Shown here: piece by piece, positions 58,776 to 64,000 of the stretch | Layout: each line of letters starts with the position of its first letter | Numbering within the stretch: the stretch's first letter is position 1 | Assembly: GCA_963695545.1 (NCBI GenBank) | Contig: OY968796.1 | Location: 2,848,001 to 2,912,000, forward strand | DNA from: Terriglobia bacterium | Lineage (GTDB): Bacteria > Acidobacteriota > Terriglobia > Acidiferrales > UBA7541 | Length of the DNA stretch: 64,000 bases | Reading direction: 5' to 3' | Position numbers and translations under genes: made by a program | The notes under the pieces: generated by a model | Told to the model about the DNA's origin: nothing | What the model saw: only the letters and a program-made list of their open reading frames with translations | Databases searched by the model: none

Positions 58776-60065
58776 ATGACGCTCGGGCGAAAATCGAGAT
58801 CGCGGATCCACCTCGTCCGGCGGCGCGCGCGGCCGCTCACGCCACATTTTCTGTTCGCCATGTGGTGCGCGCTTGCCGCGCTCGCTGCTCCAAAGCTACT
58901 CGCGCAGAGCGCGCCGTCGGCCGGCGCAAGCGATGGCGGAACGCTCGCCGGAATCGACGTCCTCGAAGCCGAGAATTTCCGACCACTCGCCGGCAAGCGC
59001 ATCGGCCTCGTCACAAACCAGACCGGCGTCGATCGCGAAGGACGCGGCACAATCGCGCTGCTGGCGCATGCACCCGGAGTGAAACTCGTCGCGCTGTTCA
59101 GTCCCGAGCACGGCATCGCGGGGACCGCCGACGCTACAGTGGCTTCGTCCACCGATATCGCGACTGGCGTGCCGGTTTACAGTTTGTATGGCGAAAACAA
59201 GCGTCCGACCGACGCGATGCTGAATGGAGTGGATGCGCTGGTGTTCGATCTTCAGGATGCAGGCGTGCGCTTCTACACCTACATCACGACGATGGGCTAC
59301 GCGATGGAAGCGGCCGCGCAACATCACATCGCGTTCTACGTTTTGGATCGTCCCGATCCGCTCGGCGGCGAGCGCGTTGAGGGACCAATGCTCGATCCCG
59401 ATCGAATTGCCTACACCGCGTATTTCCCGATGCCCGTGATTCCCGGCATGACGCTCGGCGAAATGGCGCGCATGTTCAACGCCGAAAATCATATCGGCTG
59501 CGATTTGCGCGTGATCGAAATGCGCAACTGGCGGCGCAGCGAGTGGTTCGATCAAACGGGTCTCCCGTGGATTAGCCCATCGCCAAATCTGCGTTCATTC
59601 CAAGCCGAGATAGTTTACCCCGGCCTCGAAATCTTGCAGAACGCCGGAGTCTCGGTGGGCCGCGGCACGCCCGCGCCATTCGAGCAGTTCGGCGCGCCAT
59701 GGATTCAGAGTCAGCAACTCGTCGACGCGCTCAATCGACGCAATATTCCCGGCGCGCGTTTCGCGCCCGCGCAATTCACACCGGCGACGGACCTCTATCA
59801 AGGCCAGATTTGCGAAGGCGCGCGCATGGAGGTGACCGATCGCGCGGCGTTTGACCCCATGCCGGCGGGCGTTGAAATCGCGGCGGCGCTCCGGCAACTG
59901 TATCCCGCGAATTTCGATCCGCAGAAAATGATGTTCTTGCTCGGCAGCGAGACTACGGTTGATCAACTCGAGCACGGCGACGCGCCAAAGATGATTGTGG
60001 CCCGGTGGAAGGAAAGTCTGGCGCCTTTCATGGCCATGCGAGCAAAATACCTGCTGTATCCGTAG
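58776..60065 (+). CDS. namZ: Exo-beta-N-acetylmuramidase NamZ family (DUF1343)
   Basis: IGLVTNQTG, LFSPEHG, YSLYG, FDLQD.G.RFYTY, LDRP, PSPNL, SVGRGT and KYLLY motifs; start could be 58860. Confidence 0.88.
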   Translation: MTLGRKSRSRIHLVRRRARPLTPHFLFAMWCALAALAAPKLLAQSAPSAGASDGGTLAGIDVLEAENFRPLAGKRIGLVTNQTGVDREGRGTIALLAHAPGVKLVALFSPEHGIAGTADATVASSTDIATGVPVYSLYGENKRPTDAMLNGVDALVFDLQDAGVRFYTYITTMGYAMEAAAQHHIAFYVLDRPDPLGGERVEGPMLDPDRIAYTAYFPMPVIPGMTLGEMARMFNAENHIGCDLRVIEMRNWRRSEWFDQTGLPWISPSPNLRSFQAEIVYPGLEILQNAGVSVGRGTPAPFEQFGAPWIQSQQLVDALNRRNIPGARFAPAQFTPATDLYQGQICEGARMEVTDRAAFDPMPAGVEIAAALRQLYPANFDPQKMMFLLGSETTVDQLEHGDAPKMIVARWKESLAPFMAMRAKYLLYP

Positions 60066-60114
60066 GTTCGGCCGAGACACCGCGCAATCTGGGCGGCGAT
60101 CCGCAAGGTGGCGA

Positions 60115-60798
60115 ATGGCACGTGAAAAAATCTGGTTGTCGTGGAGCAGCGGCAAGGACAGCGCCTGGAGTCTGCACACACTGCGCCAGGGAGATGAGTA
60201 CGAAGTTGTGGCGCTGCTGACGACCGTCAACCAGGAATTCAATCGCGTCGCGATGCACGCCGTGCGTGAAGCGGTGCTCGAAGCGCAAGCCGCCGCGCTC
60301 GGATTGCCTCTGGTGAAAGTTCCGATTCCGTCGCCGTGCCCCAACGAAGTCTATGAGTCCGCCATGGCGCAGGCCATGGAGCGGGCGCGCGCGGAAGGAA
60401 TTTCTCGAATCGCGTTTGGCGATTTGTTTCTTGAAGATATCCGCAAATATCGCGAAGAAAAACTGGCGTCGGTGAACATGCAGCCGGTGTTTCCGATCTG
60501 GGGAATTGAAACGCGATCGCTGGCGCACGCCATGGTGCGCTCAGGCCTGCGCGCAATTGTCACCTGCGTGAATCCGAAACTGCTCGATCCGCGATTCGCA
60601 GGGCGTATTTTCGACGACCAGCTTCTGGCGGAGTTGCCGGAGTCGGTGGATCCGTGCGCGGAACGCGGTGAATTTCACACCTGCGTCTACGCTGGGCCGA
60701 TGTTCATAAAGCCGCTGCCCGTTCACGCGGGCGAAATCGTCATGCGCGATGGGTTTGTGTTCGCCGATGCGCTGCTATCGGATGCGGCGCAGGGCTGA
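60115..60798 (+). CDS. Dph6/DUF71-like adenine nucleotide alpha-hydrolase (PP-loop ATPase)
   Basis: SWSSGKDS PP-loop, RVAMH, FGDLFL, FP.WG and DPCAERGEFHT motifs. Confidence 0.88.
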   Translation: MAREKIWLSWSSGKDSAWSLHTLRQGDEYEVVALLTTVNQEFNRVAMHAVREAVLEAQAAALGLPLVKVPIPSPCPNEVYESAMAQAMERARAEGISRIAFGDLFLEDIRKYREEKLASVNMQPVFPIWGIETRSLAHAMVRSGLRAIVTCVNPKLLDPRFAGRIFDDQLLAELPESVDPCAERGEFHTCVYAGPMFIKPLPVHAGEIVMRDGFVFADALLSDAAQG

Positions 60799-60812
60799 TT
60801 TTTCCGACCGAT

Positions 60813-61748
60813 ATGGCGAACATGCGCATCGTTTCTCTGATCCCTTCGGCCACGGAAATATTATTCGCGCTCGGACTGGGCGATGAAATTTGCGGCGTCA
60901 GCCACGAGTGCGATTTTCCGGCCGAAGCGCGCACCAAGCGAGTGGTGGTGCATCCGCGCATTCCGGAAGGTTTGGCCGCCGGCGAAATTGAGCGGCGAGT
61001 GCGCGATTACGTCTCGCGTGGAGAGAGTTTGTATGTCGTGGACGCCGCGGCGCTTGCCGAACTCGATCCGGATCTGATCATCACGCAGGATTTGTGCCAC
61101 GTGTGCGCGGCGACGCCGGACGATCTGGCCGCTGCTCTCAATGGCCTAGCGCGCATGCCGCGCATTCTAACGCTCGATCCGCAATCGCTCGACGACGTCT
61201 ATGACAATATTCGGCTCGTCGCCGAGACCGCCGGTCGCGCATCCGAGGCTGCGCGAGTAATCGGCGCGCTGCAGAGTCGCGTCGCGGCCGTCGGGCGCGC
61301 TGTCGCTGGCCGCACGCGCCCGCGAGTGTTGTGTCTTGAGTGGCTCGACCCGCCGTATCCCGGCGGGCACTGGGTTCCTGAGATGGTCGAGCACGCTGGA
61401 GGAATTGACGTGTTGGGCAGCGTGCGCGTGCCGTCTGCGCCCGTCGCTTGGGACGCGGTGCTCGCGACGCAGCCGGACATCGCAGTGATCATGCCGTGCG
61501 GCTACGGCGCCGAAAAAGCTGCGTCGGAATATGCCGCGGCGCCATTTCCGGCGGGATGGACCGATCTGCCGGCGGTTCGCGCGGGTCGCGTGTTCTGCGT
61601 GGATGGCTCAAGTTATTATTCGCGTTCGGGGCCGCGACTCGTGGACGGAATCGAAATCCTTGCCGGGTTACTGCATCCCGAATGCGCGGACGTAATCGCT
61701 CCGCCGCCGGCCGGCGCGATCGCGCCGCTAGCGCGAGCGGTGCGTTAG
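60813..61748 (+). CDS. BtuF-like cobalamin/siderophore-binding-fold protein lacking a signal peptide
   Basis: RIVSLIPSATEI, GVSHECDFP, TQDLC.VC, LEW.DP...GHW.PE, MPCG and SR.GPRL motifs. Confidence 0.82.
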   Translation: MANMRIVSLIPSATEILFALGLGDEICGVSHECDFPAEARTKRVVVHPRIPEGLAAGEIERRVRDYVSRGESLYVVDAAALAELDPDLIITQDLCHVCAATPDDLAAALNGLARMPRILTLDPQSLDDVYDNIRLVAETAGRASEAARVIGALQSRVAAVGRAVAGRTRPRVLCLEWLDPPYPGGHWVPEMVEHAGGIDVLGSVRVPSAPVAWDAVLATQPDIAVIMPCGYGAEKAASEYAAAPFPAGWTDLPAVRAGRVFCVDGSSYYSRSGPRLVDGIEILAGLLHPECADVIAPPPAGAIAPLARAVR

Positions 61749-61779
61749 CGCCCACGCGATCACGTGTGCAAATCGCAAA

Positions 61780-63276
61780 TCAAGCCTCGCGTTGCTCGCG
61801 AGTGGGAGTGCGCGCGCCGAAGATCAGGCTCGCGAGCGCCCCGACAGCAAATGTGACGAGCGCGCCGGCCAGCACGTACCATGTCCAATCGAGCCATTTC
61901 ATTTTGTGAATCAGCACCAGCGCCGCGAGGCCTGCAAACATTCCAAGTATCGCGCCGGCTTGATTCGCGCGCCGATCGAGCGTGCCAAGCAGAAAGAGTC
62001 CGAGCAAACTTCCGTAAGTGATCGAAGCGATCGTGAGGCCCGCTTCGAGCACAGGTCCCCAATGCGCGGTTCCCAGCGCGAGCACGGCCGCGCCCCAGGC
62101 GACCGTCATCCATCGCGAACGACGAAGCAATCGCGCTTGATCCGCGCCGGCGACATCGCCGCCAAACCCGCGCGCGCCGGCCCAGATCGCGCGAAAATCG
62201 AGCACGCTGGAAGCCGCAAGGGAATTAAGCGATCCGCTCAGATTGGACATGGCTACAGCCAAAATCGATGCGATCACCAAGCCGCGCAGCCCCACCGGCA
62301 GCGCGGTGATGATGAACTGCGGAAAAACACTGTCGTAACTTTGCCCTGCGACGATTGCGGGAGCGCCATCGCGCACAAACAGCATCACGCCTATCAGCAG
62401 GAACAAAGCGAACTGCGCGAAAATAATCACACCGCTCGCGAGCAACGCCCATTTGCTTTCGCGCTCGGATTTCGCGGAGAGCAGACGCTGCACGATCGTT
62501 TGATCGGTTCCGTGACTCGCCATCGTCAAGAACCCGCCGCCGATCACGCCGGACCAGAACGTGTAAGTCTTCGCAGGATTTCCGAGAGCGCGCCAACTGA
62601 ACGAAAAATCGAACACACGCAATTTGTTTCCGGCAACGGCGGAAACGCGCACGACTTCGCTCCATCCGCCCGGAATGCCGTGCAAGAGCAAAGCAAACGC
62701 CAAAAGTGAGCCCGCGAGATAGAGGCATGCCTGCACCACGTCGGTCCAGATCACGGCTTTCATTCCGCCCTCAAACGTGTAGAGCAGTGTTAGCGCCACA
62801 ACCACCGCGGCCGATGCGCGCGGACCGGTGCCGAGCGCGGCGCTCACCACCAGGCCGACCGCGGCCACGCGCACGCCTTCGGCGAGCACGCGCGTAAGGA
62901 GAAAAGTGGCGGCCGCGGCACGTTTCGCTTCTTGACCGAACCGCCGCTCGATAAATTGATACGCAGTGAAGAATTCACCGCGAAAATAGTGGGGCAGAAA
63001 CAGCAGCACGATCGCGACGCGGCCCACCAGATAGCCCATCACCACTTGCAGAAATCCCAGGTTACCGGCGTAGGCGAGAGCCGGCGTGCCGATGATTGTC
63101 AGCGTGGAGGTTTCCGTGGCGACGATGGAAAATGCCAGCGCCCACCACGGCGCGGTGCGCCCGCCGAGCAGATAATCGCGCAGCGAGTGCTGATTACGCC
63201 GAAACGCGATTCCGAGCAGCGTAACGCCCGCCAAATAGGCGATAATGATGCCCAGGTCGATCGCGCGAAGTTGCAT
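61780..63276 (-). CDS. Sodium:solute symporter (SSS family)
   Basis: DYLLGGR, SIVATETST.T..G.P, GGMKAVIWTDVVQ and SHGTDQ..VQRLL motifs; about 13 TM segments. Confidence 0.92.
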   Translation of the reverse strand: MQLRAIDLGIIIAYLAGVTLLGIAFRRNQHSLRDYLLGGRTAPWWALAFSIVATETSTLTIIGTPALAYAGNLGFLQVVMGYLVGRVAIVLLFLPHYFRGEFFTAYQFIERRFGQEAKRAAAATFLLTRVLAEGVRVAAVGLVVSAALGTGPRASAAVVVALTLLYTFEGGMKAVIWTDVVQACLYLAGSLLAFALLLHGIPGGWSEVVRVSAVAGNKLRVFDFSFSWRALGNPAKTYTFWSGVIGGGFLTMASHGTDQTIVQRLLSAKSERESKWALLASGVIIFAQFALFLLIGVMLFVRDGAPAIVAGQSYDSVFPQFIITALPVGLRGLVIASILAVAMSNLSGSLNSLAASSVLDFRAIWAGARGFGGDVAGADQARLLRRSRWMTVAWGAAVLALGTAHWGPVLEAGLTIASITYGSLLGLFLLGTLDRRANQAGAILGMFAGLAALVLIHKMKWLDWTWYVLAGALVTFAVGALASLIFGARTPTREQREA

Positions 63277-63378
63277 CGCCCCCAGCCCCGCAAATTCGCG
63301 CGATGATAGTGGCGAGATCGGAATCGGGTCAAGCCAAGTTCGCCGCTTGCAGTTCTTGGGTCAGGAGAAGTTTCTAAA

Positions 63379-64000
63379 ATGTCGAAGTATTCGCTGGGCG
63401 TGGACGGGGGCGGCACGAAAACCGACTGCGTGATCCTGCGTGGCGACGGCGAAATCGTGGGACGCGGCTCGGCCGGCGCCTCGAATCCATTGCGCGTGGG
63501 ATTTCCGGCCGCGTTTGAGGCCGTGCGCAGCGCCGCGTCCATCGCGTTGGGCGAAGCCGATTTGTTGCCGCTGCAGATCGGCGCGGCGGTCACAGGTCTT
63601 GCCGGAGCCGGGCGGCGCAACACTGTGCGCCGCGCGCTGGTATTTCTCACGCAGATGCTTCCGAACGCCACGAATTTTGTGACGACCGATCTTGAAATTG
63701 CGCTCGAGACCGCCGTCGGTGAGGGAGAAGGCGTGGTGCTGGTTGCGGGAACCGGGTCGGCGGCATTTGGCCGCAGCGCCGCGGGAGAAACGGCGCGCGC
63801 CGGAGGTTTCGGTCCGTGGATCGGCGATGAGGGTAGCGCGTACGATGTCGGTCGACGCGCCGTGGCGGCCGTGGCGCAGACGCGCGATCACGCGGCGCCG
63901 GTGACGCTGCTGGCGGAAATGATCGCGGCGGATCTCGATTGTCCCTCTTGGGACGATCTCCACGATCGCATCGCACAGAATCCCGACAGCGTGTTTCCAA
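63379..64000 (+). CDS. BadF/BadG/BcrA/BcrD ATPase family sugar kinase (GlcNAc/MurNAc kinase-like), 3'-truncated by the window edge
   Basis: Read from the sequence (absent from the ORF track): MSKYSLGVDGGGTKT...GASNP...GLAG...TD...VAGTGS...GG.G.WIGDEGSAY; AGGAG RBS. Confidence 0.88.
   Translation, partial: MSKYSLGVDGGGTKTDCVILRGDGEIVGRGSAGASNPLRVGFPAAFEAVRSAASIALGEADLLPLQIGAAVTGLAGAGRRNTVRRALVFLTQMLPNATNFVTTDLEIALETAVGEGEGVVLVAGTGSAAFGRSAAGETARAGGFGPWIGDEGSAYDVGRRAVAAVAQTRDHAAPVTLLAEMIAADLDCPSWDDLHDRIAQNPDSVFP

Overview
GC-rich bacterial chromosomal window. The gene repertoire (DUF3857-transglutaminase-TPR, Ser/Thr kinase with beta-propeller, tandem PilZ, PEGA, Thivi_2564) suggests Acidobacteriota; this is an inference. 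From left to right: (1) the tail of a corrinoid/methyl-transfer operon (RACo/ASKHA activator, MetH-reactivation-like protein with an extra Cys-rich domain, homocysteine methyltransferase, small hypothetical); (2) tRNA-Arg(ACG); (3) a divergent lipid-remodelling cassette (PHP + PAP2 / MGDG-synthase-like + DAG kinase-like); (4) assorted envelope and metabolic genes (VOC, PilZ, zwf, hydrolases, ALDH, pectinesterase); (5) two divergent tripartite RND efflux operons; (6) a Hanks kinase, TlpA proteins and a GT2-PTPS-PTPS-folE pterin cluster; (7) rpsO-pnp; (8) a ~900 bp intergenic region packed with REP-like hairpins and an orphan promoter; (9) a peptidoglycan synthesis/recycling locus (murA, murQ, DUF5715, NagZ-beta-lactamase fusion, NamZ, SSS transporter, BadF-type sugar kinase) with an embedded Dph6-like ATPase + signal-less BtuF-like pair. 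I saw no CRISPR array, integrase, transposase or prophage gene. All product calls come from motif recognition, not database searches.
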